The notes under the pieces are model-generated. The model saw only the letters and a program-made list of their open reading frames with translations. It did no database searches and had not been told where the DNA came from. The position numbers were made by a program, and so were the translations under genes. Below, in pieces: positions 21,151 to 31,183 of a stretch of DNA of 64,000 nt (position 1 is its first letter; each line of letters opens with the position of its first letter). Origin of the DNA: an uncultured Burkholderiales bacterium (lineage in GTDB: Bacteria; Pseudomonadota; Gammaproteobacteria; Burkholderiales; Burkholderiaceae_C); the NCBI GenBank assembly GCA_943908475.1, contig CALTTG010000016.1, forward strand, positions 6,582 through 70,581, read 5' to 3'.

Positions 21151-22401
21151 ATGTCGCCCATCCACACCCCCGATTCGTCTTCCCCTGCGCCCGCCTTGCA
21201 GCTGAGCGCCTTCATCACTGCCGCAGCCCTGTTGGGACTGAACGGCGTCGCCCAAGCCCAATGTGTGCAGGCGCCCATCGTCGTCGATGAAGAGGCGCCC
21301 ATCATCATCGAGCCTGAAGTTGGCTTCGAGCGCGCCGTGCTCAACGGCAACCGCATGCGATTGCTGGCCGACAGCGTCAGCGCCCTCGACACGGTCCGCG
21401 GCGACGGTGACACCATCGTCAACAACGAAGGCGACTTCTTGGAAGACTTCACCGCCGAAGTGACGCTCAGTCCCACCGACGCCGAGTGCCTGTCCGACAA
21501 CTTCAGCGCGCCCCTGTTGGCCTCGGGCATGAACCAGTTGCGCACCCACATGCAAGACAGCTTGAACCGTCTGATCCGCCATCGACAGACCGCTCAAGGC
21601 AACGGCACGCGCATGTACCTGCTGGGGGGCAACCAGTTCTCCACCGAGGATGGCAAGGGCCTGCGCATGCGCGCGCACCGGACGGACCTGGTGCTCGGTG
21701 CCGACCACCGCTTCAACACCCGCTGGACCGCAGGTGCCTCGATGGCCCATGGCAAGCCGCTGATGAAGTGGTCCGATGGTTCTCGTGCCGATGGCAGCGC
21801 CACCACCTTGACCGCGTATGGCAGCTGGAGCCCCACCGACACCCGCTATGTGGCCGCTGCCGTGAGCATGGACCACACCCGGTATGCGGTCAGCGGTGGC
21901 AGCACCATCGGCAGCGCCCAGACCACCCACGCCAAGGCCCTGGCCACCGGCATCAGCGTGACCGCAGGCCAGGACTTCCAAGTGGGCAGCCTCGGCTGGT
22001 CACCCTATGTGCGCCTGGACAGCATCCACGCCCGCATGGGTGACATGGGCAGCTCGCGAGGCCGCCAGACGGGCCACACAAGCGCGGTGGCACTGGGCGC
22101 TCAGGCCAGCCACAGCGTACCGATGACCTGGGGGGTGCTGGTGCCTCACGCGCGCCTGGAATGGCAGCGGGTGCTGCAATGGAAGATGGGCGGATCGTCG
22201 GCCCATGTGCACGCCTTGAGCCAGGCCTCGCTGGGTGGCATCGACCCCACGCGCCCGGACCGTGACCAGGGGCAGGCCGCCATGGGCCTCTCGGGCGTGC
22301 TGCACAACGGCGTGTCCTTGTTCGCCGACTACGAACAGGTCTTCGAAGCCCGCGACATCGACAGCTGGAAGTTCACGCTCGGCGTGCGTGCCGAGCTGTG
22401 A
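21151..22401 (+). CDS. Autotransporter-like outer-membrane beta-barrel protein with a short passenger
   Basis: I prefer the start at MSPIHTPDSSSPAPALQLSAFITAAALLGLNGVAQAQ (signal peptide). The C-terminal ~270 aa have alternating-hydrophobic beta-strand character and end with the aromatic-terminal motif SWKFTLGVRAEL. The ORF track starts earlier, at 20947. Confidence 0.5.
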   Translation: MSPIHTPDSSSPAPALQLSAFITAAALLGLNGVAQAQCVQAPIVVDEEAPIIIEPEVGFERAVLNGNRMRLLADSVSALDTVRGDGDTIVNNEGDFLEDFTAEVTLSPTDAECLSDNFSAPLLASGMNQLRTHMQDSLNRLIRHRQTAQGNGTRMYLLGGNQFSTEDGKGLRMRAHRTDLVLGADHRFNTRWTAGASMAHGKPLMKWSDGSRADGSATTLTAYGSWSPTDTRYVAAAVSMDHTRYAVSGGSTIGSAQTTHAKALATGISVTAGQDFQVGSLGWSPYVRLDSIHARMGDMGSSRGRQTGHTSAVALGAQASHSVPMTWGVLVPHARLEWQRVLQWKMGGSSAHVHALSQASLGGIDPTRPDRDQGQAAMGLSGVLHNGVSLFADYEQVFEARDIDSWKFTLGVRAEL

Positions 22402-22426
22402 CCCCGTCGTGATGCAAGGGTGCCCC

Positions 22427-24129
22427 TCAGAGGGGCACCAGCACGAAGTCTCCCGCCTCGTGCCCCGCAAACCCGATGGGTGCGTACTGGGGCTGCTGGG
22501 GCAGCTTCAGACGCCGCGACAGGTGCGCAAACCGGGCCGACACCGCTGAGAAAAACTCTTGGGCGGCCACGGGACCTCGCACCTGATTCAAGGTGTCCAA
22601 CAGGCTGCGTGCGAACAAGGAATGCTCGATGCTGCCCCCATCCACCACGGGCTCCAAGCCCCCGGAGGTCATGGCCACGCGCACCCGCTGACTGGCCAGG
22701 TGGGACAGCGGCGCATGGCGCTGTGCATGCCCAATGGCTTGATCGACGGAAGGAATCAGCGAGCGCACCAAGGTGCCGGAATAGCAGGAGTCGGCAATGA
22801 CCATGACGTGGCGGGCTGACATGGCGGCCAGTTGATCGGTCACGTCGATGACCGACACCCATTGCGCCAAGTCTTTCACCTCGGCATCCACCGGGATCCA
22901 GTAGCCACGCGCGGTGTCGGGGTCCATCTGACCATGGCCGGCGTAGTACACCACCACCTGGTCATCAGGCCCCGCTTGCCGACGCAAACGGCTGAGTGAA
23001 GCCAGGATCTGCTGGCGCGACGCGTTGACCAAGGAAGTGACTTGGAACCCGAAGCGCTCGCGCAAAGCAGCCGCCACCGCCTGACTGTCCGCCTGAGGGG
23101 TCTCAAGGGGCGTCCAATGCTTGTAGGCTTGGTTGCCGATCACCAGCGCCAGCCGACGGCCTTTTTTCAGCACCTCGGGCAAGGGCACACCTGCCGCTGG
23201 GGGCTGCTGGGCCAGCACGGCCGCCACATCCACCGGCGCCGGAGCGTCTGCCACCGATGGGGGCGCAGAACGCTGCATCAGCGACATCCGGGCCTGGGCG
23301 GCTTGCCCGCTTCGATCCACCGCATTCACCTGAACCAGCGTGCTCTGGGCCCCCACCGCGACGGGGATGTCGAGGAAGCCCTGCGCATCCGGTTCACGCG
23401 CGATGCCATTGACCTCCACCGATTGAAGGCCGAGGGGCGCACTGACCCGCGCCACCACGGTTGCCTGGCCTGCTGGGGCCTGAACCTCAACCACGCCACC
23501 GGTCGGACGGGGCAGCGGCGAAGCCACCGGCGCGATGAACTCCACGGTGGGACCGGCCTTGGGCGCAAACACCAGGCCCGTGATGCTGCCACCGCTGGCG
23601 GCCATCAAGAGCTCTTCCATCCGAGACGCCCCCGAGGAGGGCGCCCCAGTGGCTGATGTGGCCCCATCAGCCCCAGCGCCCACGGCGGTGGCGGCCATGG
23701 CCGCGAGGTTGAAGCGAGCGCGCGGCACACCCTGGGCCGCCGCTTTCTCGTACCAGGCCTTGGCCAATGCCGTTTTGCCCTGCTGCTCGTACAGCTCGCC
23801 CAAGGTCACTTGCGCCTCGGGCACCCCATCGGCCGCCAGAGGCGCCCAGACCTTGGTGGCCGCCATCACATGGTCCTGCAACTCGATGTACTCGCCCCCA
23901 CCGGCCGCGCAGGTTTGCGGCGACACACGGGCCGCCCGACGTGGCGTGACGCTGGTGCTGAACGCCCCAAGGCGTCGCACCTGCCCGGGAAACAGGCAAT
24001 GCACCAGGCCGTCTTCGGCCGACGTGTCTTGCGCTTGCAAACGCTCCAGGGTGTCGGCGCGGGCCACACCTGTGCACAGCAGGGCCGCCAGGGCGATGAC
24101 GGCCGGGCGCGTCAGGGGGTGAGCGTTCA
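22427..24129 (-). CDS. Secreted caspase-family (peptidase C14) protein with N-terminal Sel1/TPR-like repeats
   Basis: The ORF track extends to 24325. I prefer MNAHPLTRPAVIALAALLCTGVARA (signal peptide) as the start. Sel1-like YEQQGKTALAKAWYEKAAAQGVPRARFNLAAM. C-terminal caspase fold with the catalytic His and Cys in VVYYAGHG and VIADSCYSG. Confidence 0.7.
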
Positions 24130-24134
24130 TGGCG

Positions 24135-24734
24135 TCAACCGGCGCGGAACTGCACCCGGCGGTTGCGCGGGCTGTAGGGGTCGGTGTCGATCGGCTTGCG
24201 GGGGCCCTTGCCGTCAACCGCCAGCGCCTTCGCAGGCAAACCCTTGGTGAGCACGAGGTAGTCGCGCACCGCCTGGGCACGCTTGAGCGACAGGGCGTCG
24301 TTGTAGGACACGCGGCCCTTGGCATCGGTGTGGCCTTCGATGACCACCTTGACCGTGCCCTCGGTCAGGCGGATGCCTTCGGCGATGGTGTTGAGCTGCA
24401 CCCGCGCCTGCGGCGTGAGCTGGGCGGAATCAAAGCCGAAGGTGACGGGCACCGACAATGCGCTCGCCTCAGACACTTTGGCCACCGGCTTTTGCACCAG
24501 TGCGGCAAAAGGAGAACCCGCGGGCATCTGGCCTCGGGTTTTCTGGTTCTCGGCCGCACCGCGCGAGAGGATGTCGGCCACGTCTTGGGCCGAGACTTCT
24601 TGCCCTTCGCCATAGACCATCACCGATTGGGCGTGCGCCCCGGAGACGGCGCAGGCCACCAGTCCGAAAAACAGAGAAAAAGTGCCAGCGAATCGACGAC
24701 CGGCCAGAGCCAGCCCGTGTTGTTGGGGTGTCAT
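24135..24734 (-). CDS. OmpA-family (peptidoglycan-binding) lipoprotein
   Basis: MTPQQ...FSLFFGLVAC lipobox. C-terminal OmpA_C motif TFGFDSAQLTPQARVQLNTIAEGI...VVIEGHTDAKGRVSYNDALSLKRAQAVRDYL. The long ORF-track upstream extension is spurious. Confidence 0.75.
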   Translation of the reverse strand: MTPQQHGLALAGRRFAGTFSLFFGLVACAVSGAHAQSVMVYGEGQEVSAQDVADILSRGAAENQKTRGQMPAGSPFAALVQKPVAKVSEASALSVPVTFGFDSAQLTPQARVQLNTIAEGIRLTEGTVKVVIEGHTDAKGRVSYNDALSLKRAQAVRDYLVLTKGLPAKALAVDGKGPRKPIDTDPYSPRNRRVQFRAG

Positions 24735-24839
24735 GATGAAAATCCCTGAAGGTTCAAAACTGTTTGCTCCATTTTTCCATGCGAGCATGTGCCATGTCCC
24801 CCCCTGAGAGGGGGAAGGCGCGTCCAACCCAGAAATCTC

Positions 24840-27041
24840 ATGAGCCACGCCCACACCGCCTCCAGCCTGCCTGTTTCCACCCGCACCGTGCAGGGCGCCT
24901 GCAACCTGTGCGAGGCCATTTGCGGCCTGACCTTCACCGTCGAAACCCAAGGCACGCACGAACGCATCGTGTCCATCAAGGGCAACGAGGCCGACCCGCT
25001 GTCGCGCGGGCACATCTGCCCCAAGGCCGTGGCCCTGAAAGACCTGCACGAAGACCCCGACCGCCTGCGCCAGCCCGTGCGCCGCGTGGTGAGCAACGGC
25101 CAGACCACCTGGCAACCGATCAGCTGGGACCAGGCCTTCGACCTGGTCGTGGAACAACTGGCTCGCGTGCGCGAACAGCATGGCTCGCAGGCCGTGGCCG
25201 TGTACCAGGGCAACCCCAGCGTGCACAACTGGGGCAACATCACCCACGCCCAGACTTTCCTGGGCCAGCTCAAGACCCGGCACCGCTATTCGGCCACCTC
25301 GGTCGACCAGCTGCCGCATCACCTGGTGTCGCACTGGCTGTATGGGCACCAGATGCGCATTCCGGTGCCCGACATCGACCGCACGCAGTTCATGCTGATC
25401 CTGGGCGGCAACCCCATGGCCAGCAATGGCAGCCTGATGACGGTGCCCGATGTGCGCGCCCGTTTCAAGGCCTTGAAAGAGCGCGGTGGCCAGCTGGTGG
25501 TGGTCGACCCCCGCCGCACGGAAACCGCCGCCCTGGCGCATGAACACCTGGCCATCGAGCCCGGCACCGATGCGGCTTGGCTGCTGGCGCTGTTGTACAC
25601 CCTGTTCGACGAGCAACTGCTGCGCCCCCGCCGCTGGGACGGGCTGCTGCAGCACATCGAGGCCGTGCAACAGGCCGTGCAGGCCTTCAGCCCCGAGGCC
25701 ATGGCGGCGGTCACGGGCATCGACGCAGCCACCACCCGCCGCATGGCACGCGCCCTGGCCAGCTCAGAAGCCGGTGTGGTGTATGGGCGCATGGGCGTGT
25801 CGACCCAGGCGCATGGCGTGGTCTGCCAATGGGCCATCCAGGTGCTGAACCTGCTGTGCGGCCAGGTCGACCACGAAGGGGGTGCACTGCTGACATCGCC
25901 CGCCGTGAACCTGATCCAGATGGGCCTGATGGGCAAGGGCCATTTCGATGTGTGGCGCAGCCGCGTGCGGGGGGCCCCCGAATTCAACGGCGAGTTGCCC
26001 GTGGCCGTGATGGCCGAAGAAATGCTCACGCCCGGCCAGGGCCAGGTGCGCGCCCTGATCACCTCGTGTGGCAACCCGGTGCTGTCCACCCCCAACGGCC
26101 AGCAGCTCGACCGCGCGCTGCAAGGGCTGGACTTCATGGTGGCCATCGACTTCTTCATCAACGAGACCACCCGCCATGCCGACGTGATCCTGCCGCCCAC
26201 CTGCTTCGTCGAGCACGACCACTACGACCTGGTCTTCCTGCACCTGGCCGTGCGCAACGTGGCCCGCTACAGCGAGCCCGTGGTGGCCCCGGCCGATGGC
26301 AGCCTGCACGACTGGCAGATCTACAGCGAGCTGGCCCGCCGCTACGCCCGCCGCCTGTGGGGCGTGGAGAGCAAGAGCACCCTGGGCCGCCTGAAGGGCA
26401 TGGCCATGCGCGCGGCCCTGACCCGCCTGAGCCCCAAGCGCCTGCTGCAGCTGGGCCTGGGCCGCAAGGGCGCCCGCGTGACCTGGGACGAGCTCAAGCA
26501 GCACCCCGAAGGCATCGACCTGGGTCCGCTGGAGCCGCAGCTGGTCGACGCCCTGAAAAGACAGAACCGCCGCGTGAACCTGATGCCCGACCGCATCGCG
26601 CAAGAGTTGCCGCGCCTGGTGCAGGCCTTCGTGACCGAACCGGCCAGCCCCACGGCCCTGCGCCTGATCGGCCGGCGCGACGTGCGCAGCAACAACTCGT
26701 GGATGCACAACACCGAGCGTCTGGTGTCGGGCAAGCCGCGCTGCACGCTGTACATGCACCCGGCCGACGCCGAGGCCCGCCAGCTCAGCGAAGGCCAGGT
26801 GGTGCGCATTGCCTCGCGCGTGGGCGAGGTGCGGGCGCCCGTGCACATCACGCCCGACATGCGCCCGGGCGTGGTCAGCCTGCCGCACGGCTGGGGCCAT
26901 GACCGCGCCGGCACCCAGCTGCGGGTGGCCCAGGCCCATGCCGGGGTGTCCATCAATGACCTGACCGACGACCAGCTCACCGACGGCATCAGCGGCAATG
27001 CCGCATTCAGTGCCACGCCGGTGCACGTGATCGCGGCATGA
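24840..27041 (+). CDS. Molybdopterin (bis-MGD) dependent oxidoreductase, cytoplasmic single-subunit type
   Basis: Start at MSHAHTASSLPV. N-terminal 4Fe-4S motif CNLCEAICGL...C, MopB-like core, and C-terminal molybdopterin dinucleotide-binding beta-barrel (VVRIASRVGEVRAPVHITPDMRPGVVSLPHGWGH). Confidence 0.75.
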   Translation: MSHAHTASSLPVSTRTVQGACNLCEAICGLTFTVETQGTHERIVSIKGNEADPLSRGHICPKAVALKDLHEDPDRLRQPVRRVVSNGQTTWQPISWDQAFDLVVEQLARVREQHGSQAVAVYQGNPSVHNWGNITHAQTFLGQLKTRHRYSATSVDQLPHHLVSHWLYGHQMRIPVPDIDRTQFMLILGGNPMASNGSLMTVPDVRARFKALKERGGQLVVVDPRRTETAALAHEHLAIEPGTDAAWLLALLYTLFDEQLLRPRRWDGLLQHIEAVQQAVQAFSPEAMAAVTGIDAATTRRMARALASSEAGVVYGRMGVSTQAHGVVCQWAIQVLNLLCGQVDHEGGALLTSPAVNLIQMGLMGKGHFDVWRSRVRGAPEFNGELPVAVMAEEMLTPGQGQVRALITSCGNPVLSTPNGQQLDRALQGLDFMVAIDFFINETTRHADVILPPTCFVEHDHYDLVFLHLAVRNVARYSEPVVAPADGSLHDWQIYSELARRYARRLWGVESKSTLGRLKGMAMRAALTRLSPKRLLQLGLGRKGARVTWDELKQHPEGIDLGPLEPQLVDALKRQNRRVNLMPDRIAQELPRLVQAFVTEPASPTALRLIGRRDVRSNNSWMHNTERLVSGKPRCTLYMHPADAEARQLSEGQVVRIASRVGEVRAPVHITPDMRPGVVSLPHGWGHDRAGTQLRVAQAHAGVSINDLTDDQLTDGISGNAAFSATPVHVIAA

Positions 27042-27042
27042 C

Positions 27043-27939
27043 ATGCAACGACCGCCACCCTTGCAATGGTTGCCCACCTTCGAGGCCGCCGCCAGGCTGC
27101 TGAGCTTCAGCAAAGCGGCCGAGGAGTTGCATGTCACCACGGCCGCCGTGAGCCAGCAAATTCGGCAATTGGAAGCCCACCTGGGCTTGCCGCTGTTTCG
27201 GCGCCTGCCCCGGCAGGTGGCGCTGACCGATGCCGGACAGCAGTTTGCGGCACTGGCCACCAGCCTGCTGGCCCAGTACCGACAAGGCCATGCGGACCTC
27301 ATGCACCACCACACACGCCCGGTGCTGCGCCTGAGCATGACGCCAATGGTGGCGCAAGAGTTGCTCATTCCTGTGCTGGCTGCGTTCCAGGCCGACCACC
27401 CTGGCGTGAGCGTCAGCTTGGATGCGCGCATGGACCTGGTCGACTTCGATCAAGAGCCCATTGACGCCGCCATCCGTGTGGGCTCAGGACCGTGGCCCGG
27501 CCTGCAGGCCTGGCCCTTGTGCGACTGCGTGGCCGCCATCGTGGCAGCCCCCTCCGCGTTGGCGCGCCACCCCATCCGAACGCTCGACGACCTGGCCTCG
27601 CACACCTTGATTCACCCCCGGCAGTCGCAACTGGACTGGCAAACCGCCGCTCGCCACTTGGGGCTGGACACGCTGCCCCGCCGAGCGGACTTGGTGCTGG
27701 AGTCCGACCTGTCGGCCCTGAAAGCCGCCGAGCAAGGCCTCGGACTGGCCTTGTGTCTGTTGCCTGCATCGCCTGACATTCAAACAAGGCTGGTGCCGCC
27801 CGGTCGGCTGGCCTTCGTGTTGCCGCCACTGCCATTGCCTGACCCCGCCTGGTTCGTGTTTCGTCCCCACACCGGAAAAGACGATTTGATCCGGCAAGCG
27901 TACGAATGGATCCGCTCAGAGATCACCCCAGACAGTTAA
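27043..27939 (+). CDS. LysR-family transcriptional regulator
   Basis: HTH FSKAAEELHVTTAAVSQQIRQLEAHLGLPLFRR. The start codon is 1 nt after the oxidoreductase stop (TGAcATG). Confidence 0.8.
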   Translation: MQRPPPLQWLPTFEAAARLLSFSKAAEELHVTTAAVSQQIRQLEAHLGLPLFRRLPRQVALTDAGQQFAALATSLLAQYRQGHADLMHHHTRPVLRLSMTPMVAQELLIPVLAAFQADHPGVSVSLDARMDLVDFDQEPIDAAIRVGSGPWPGLQAWPLCDCVAAIVAAPSALARHPIRTLDDLASHTLIHPRQSQLDWQTAARHLGLDTLPRRADLVLESDLSALKAAEQGLGLALCLLPASPDIQTRLVPPGRLAFVLPPLPLPDPAWFVFRPHTGKDDLIRQAYEWIRSEITPDS

Positions 27940-28036
27940 GGAAAACTTAACAACCCAGCAGGAATGATCGTTTGTCAGGCCTGGGGGCGCTGCCTACAGT
28001 CGCAGCGTCCAATCACCGGCATTTGCCCTCATTCCC

Positions 28037-29611
28037 ATGGCCTCAGACACCCTGGCGCGTCCGCCACTGCGCCCCCCGCTACCTCGGTCACCGAGTGACC
28101 GCCCTTGGGCCACCCTTTATGTGCTGCTGGTGGCCGCCCTGATGGCCCTGACCGGCGTCATTGCCCTGACCGAGGGCGTGACCCGCTACTGGCCGCAATG
28201 GCAGCAAGCCGTCTCGCCTGCCGAGGTCCAGACCCAGCTGCAGGCCTTGCGCGCCACACCCGATCTGGCGCAAATGGCTCAGTTCAGCCGCGAGATGGCC
28301 TGGCTGTCGGCCGCCACCACCCCAGAGCGCTTCCTGGATTCGAAGCTGCCCGACCACGGGGTCTACTTGGCCACGATGCCCGCCATGAACAGGGCACTGC
28401 TGACGAGCCACATCTTCCTGGGTGTGTTTTGCATGCTCTTTGGTGGCCTGCAGTTCTGGCCGTGGCTCAGGCGCCGTCACATGCGATTGCATCGCACCTT
28501 GGGGACGCTGTACGTCGTCACCGCGCCGCTGTCGGTGCTGCTGTCGCTGGCCTACCTGCTCGTGACCCCGCCTCACCATCTGTACACGCACCTGACGGGC
28601 TTTGTCGCCCTGTGGGGGTTCGGCCTGGGCGCCATCGCCTCGATCGGCATGGCGCTGCGTGCGTTGAAACAACGGCGCCTTCACGAGCACATGGGCTGGA
28701 TGGCCCTGTCCTTCGGGTGCCTGATCGTGGCCCCGATGCTGCGCCTGAACTGGGTGTTCACGGCCTGGCTGATGCCCGGCATCGACCAAGAAACCCTCAA
28801 CATGGTCACGCTGGGCTTCATGCTGCCTCAATGCTTGCTGATTGCCCATGGTCTGATGCTGGCCAATCGTCAAGCCCAGGCACGACCGCGACCGCCAGCG
28901 GCCTTGCCGTGTGTGCAGTGGCTCGGGGCGAAGGTGGACCAGGCCTCCGCACTGTGGATCGCGCTGGCCGCCGGGGCCATCGCGTTGACGCTGGGCGTGT
29001 TCGCCGTGGGGCATGGGCTGTCCTCCCTGCCCGGCATGGCCTCGGTGATGGGCGAAGGCCTGATGCAGCGTGAATGGCGCGTGTGGGAGGCATCACCCTG
29101 GCTGGGTGGGCTCTTTGGTGGATCACTCAGCATCGCGCTGGCCCTGGCCGTGTGGCAATGGGTGAGCGGTCCGCTGTCCCGCCGCGCGTCGCCGGTCGTG
29201 GGCGTCACGGGGTCTTCGATGGCCCTGGTGGTGAGCACCGCTGTGGCGGGCATCAGTGCAGGCGTGATCGGGTGGCGAGTGGGCATTGCCCCAGCCTTGG
29301 CCTGGCATCACGGGGGCACGTTCTACCTCGTTGAAGGCTTGTTGCTCACGACTTTTGCGCTCCGGCACGTCACGCTTTTGCGGCGTGGATCGCTGGCCCG
29401 CTTGCGGGAAGGCCTGGTCTACCTGCTTGCGGTCCTTCCTGCACCGGCATTGGCCGCTGCCAGCCTCTGGCTGCTCAAAGACCTTCCCCTGCCGGCCGAT
29501 TACTTCACCAGCGGCCAGGTTCACCTGCTGGGCAGCGCAGGCGGATCCGGCCTGCTGGCCCTGGCCCTGCTGTACAGCGTGGTGGGTCAAGCGGCCCGCG
29601 AACACGGTTGA
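28037..29611 (+). CDS. Integral membrane protein of unknown function (>=10 TM helices; possibly DUF2306-like)
   Basis: 524 aa, hydrophobic throughout, His/Arg-containing loops (HIFLGVFCMLFGGLQFWPWLRRRHMRLHRTLG). No catalytic motif recognised. Confidence 0.5.
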   Translation: MASDTLARPPLRPPLPRSPSDRPWATLYVLLVAALMALTGVIALTEGVTRYWPQWQQAVSPAEVQTQLQALRATPDLAQMAQFSREMAWLSAATTPERFLDSKLPDHGVYLATMPAMNRALLTSHIFLGVFCMLFGGLQFWPWLRRRHMRLHRTLGTLYVVTAPLSVLLSLAYLLVTPPHHLYTHLTGFVALWGFGLGAIASIGMALRALKQRRLHEHMGWMALSFGCLIVAPMLRLNWVFTAWLMPGIDQETLNMVTLGFMLPQCLLIAHGLMLANRQAQARPRPPAALPCVQWLGAKVDQASALWIALAAGAIALTLGVFAVGHGLSSLPGMASVMGEGLMQREWRVWEASPWLGGLFGGSLSIALALAVWQWVSGPLSRRASPVVGVTGSSMALVVSTAVAGISAGVIGWRVGIAPALAWHHGGTFYLVEGLLLTTFALRHVTLLRRGSLARLREGLVYLLAVLPAPALAAASLWLLKDLPLPADYFTSGQVHLLGSAGGSGLLALALLYSVVGQAAREHG

Positions 29612-30558
29612 GACCCATCATGACCCCACACACCCAACATTCGATCCGAGTCAGTGCCGGCATCCAGATCGCCGTGCAGACCTGGGGACATCGCCCCGGC
29701 GACGGGCCGCCTCGTGAAGTGGCGGTGATGCTCCACGGTTTTCCCGACCGCGCCGACCTCTGGGCAGGCGTGGCCGCGCACTTGGCCCCCCATTGCCAGG
29801 TGGTGGCCTTCGACATGCGCGGCTGCGGTCAATCGACCCCACTGACGGGCACCCGCCACTACCACTATTCGCACTTGATCGACGACCTCTTTGACGTCAT
29901 CGACCACGTCAGCCCTGGTCAAAAAGTGCACCTGGTGGGCCACGATTGGGGCGGGCTGTACGGCTGGGACGCCCTCCTGGACCCTCGCGCCCATGCCCGA
30001 GTGGCCTCGTTCGTCACCCTGGCACCCAGCCTCCAGCAAGTGGCCCACTGGATGCGGCACCGCGTGCAGCGGCCGACGCCCACCAACCTGCTGGCGCTGC
30101 TTCATCAGGTCTTGGTGAGCAATTCACTGATGGGGCTGTTCACGATGCCGGGGTTGCCACACCTCCTGTGGCGCTCGGGGCTGGGCTTGAAAGTGTTCGG
30201 TCAGCTGGTACAACGCTTGGAAGGCGTGGCCCTGCCCGCATCCCCCGGCGTGGAAGCCGATGCGGTGCGGTCGCTGGGCATCTACCGCGCCAACCTGCTT
30301 CAACAATTGCTCAGGCCCAGGCCGGTCGACGTCACGCCGATCCCGGTGCACACCCTGATCGCCACGCGCGACCCCTTCCTGCCGCCTCGGGTCTTCGAGG
30401 GCTGCTCGGCCTGGACCCAGCACCCGAGCCAGAGCCTGCTGGACGCGTCTCATTGGGCTCCCCTGAGTCGCCCGGCCGAGATCGCGGCGAAAGTGCTGGA
30501 CATGACCCGCCGCTGGCCGGCCGCTCACAACGTCACGCGGCCCTCCCACAGCGCGTGA
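29608..30558 (+). CDS. Alpha/beta-fold hydrolase
   Basis: HGFPD oxyanion region, nucleophile elbow GHDWGG, and a C-terminal His region. 4-nt overlap with the preceding membrane-protein gene. Confidence 0.7.
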   Translation: MRPIMTPHTQHSIRVSAGIQIAVQTWGHRPGDGPPREVAVMLHGFPDRADLWAGVAAHLAPHCQVVAFDMRGCGQSTPLTGTRHYHYSHLIDDLFDVIDHVSPGQKVHLVGHDWGGLYGWDALLDPRAHARVASFVTLAPSLQQVAHWMRHRVQRPTPTNLLALLHQVLVSNSLMGLFTMPGLPHLLWRSGLGLKVFGQLVQRLEGVALPASPGVEADAVRSLGIYRANLLQQLLRPRPVDVTPIPVHTLIATRDPFLPPRVFEGCSAWTQHPSQSLLDASHWAPLSRPAEIAAKVLDMTRRWPAAHNVTRPSHSA

Positions 30559-30571
30559 AGCTCGGGCCACA

Positions 30572-31183
30572 ATGGCGGTGATGAGCTCGAACGTCACCCT
30601 GGAAATCGCCGCCACCGCCGCCCGCCTCGTGGTGGAAGAGGGCATGGAATACGGACCGGCCAAGCGCCAGGCCGTCAAGCAGTTGGGGCTGCCCAGCCGG
30701 GCGGCCTTGCCAGACAACGACCAGGTCGAAGAAGCCGTGATCGACTACATCGAGCTGTTTTGCGCCGACACCCAACCTGGCGAGCTCAAAGCGCTGCGCG
30801 AGCTGGCCGCCGTCTGGATGGCGCGGCTCAGCGAGTTCCGCCCTCACCTCACGGGCGCAGTCTGGCGTGGCACGGCCACGCGATTGAACGACATCCACCT
30901 TCACCTGTACTGCGACGACAGCAAGTCGGCCGAAATCACGCTGATCGGCAAAGGGGTGGATTACGACGTGAGCAGTGCGCCGGGCCCCCGAGGACAGCCT
31001 GTCGACCGACTGAGCCTGAGCGTGCGCTGTCAGGCACTGAACGACACCATTGGGCTGCACCTGACCATTCTGGATGCCGACGACATCCGCGGCGCCCTCA
31101 AACCCAACGCCCGAGGCCAGACCGACCGCGGTGACCTTCAGGCACTTCAAGACCTTCTGAACCGCTCGCAGGACCGGCCATGA
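30572..31183 (+). CDS. Hypothetical cytoplasmic protein
   Basis: 203-aa ORF in the same operon. ATGA overlap with the next gene. No recognisable family. Confidence 0.45.
   Translation: MAVMSSNVTLEIAATAARLVVEEGMEYGPAKRQAVKQLGLPSRAALPDNDQVEEAVIDYIELFCADTQPGELKALRELAAVWMARLSEFRPHLTGAVWRGTATRLNDIHLHLYCDDSKSAEITLIGKGVDYDVSSAPGPRGQPVDRLSLSVRCQALNDTIGLHLTILDADDIRGALKPNARGQTDRGDLQALQDLLNRSQDRP

Noticed and set aside
24135-25670. 511-aa ORF extending the OmpA-like gene far upstream
   Set aside because: Only the last 199 aa, from the lipoprotein signal MTPQQ...LVAC onward, look protein-like. The upstream 312 codons are antisense to the molybdoenzyme gene start region and low-complexity.
25764-27431. 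555-aa minus-strand ORF opposite the molybdoenzyme/LysR genes
   Set aside because: Spurious GC-rich antisense frame. The sense-strand products have clear conserved motifs.
28321-28360. tRNA T-loop-like GGATTCGAAGC string
   Set aside because: It lies inside the membrane-protein CDS (encodes PERFLDSKLP). No cloverleaf context, no acceptor stem.
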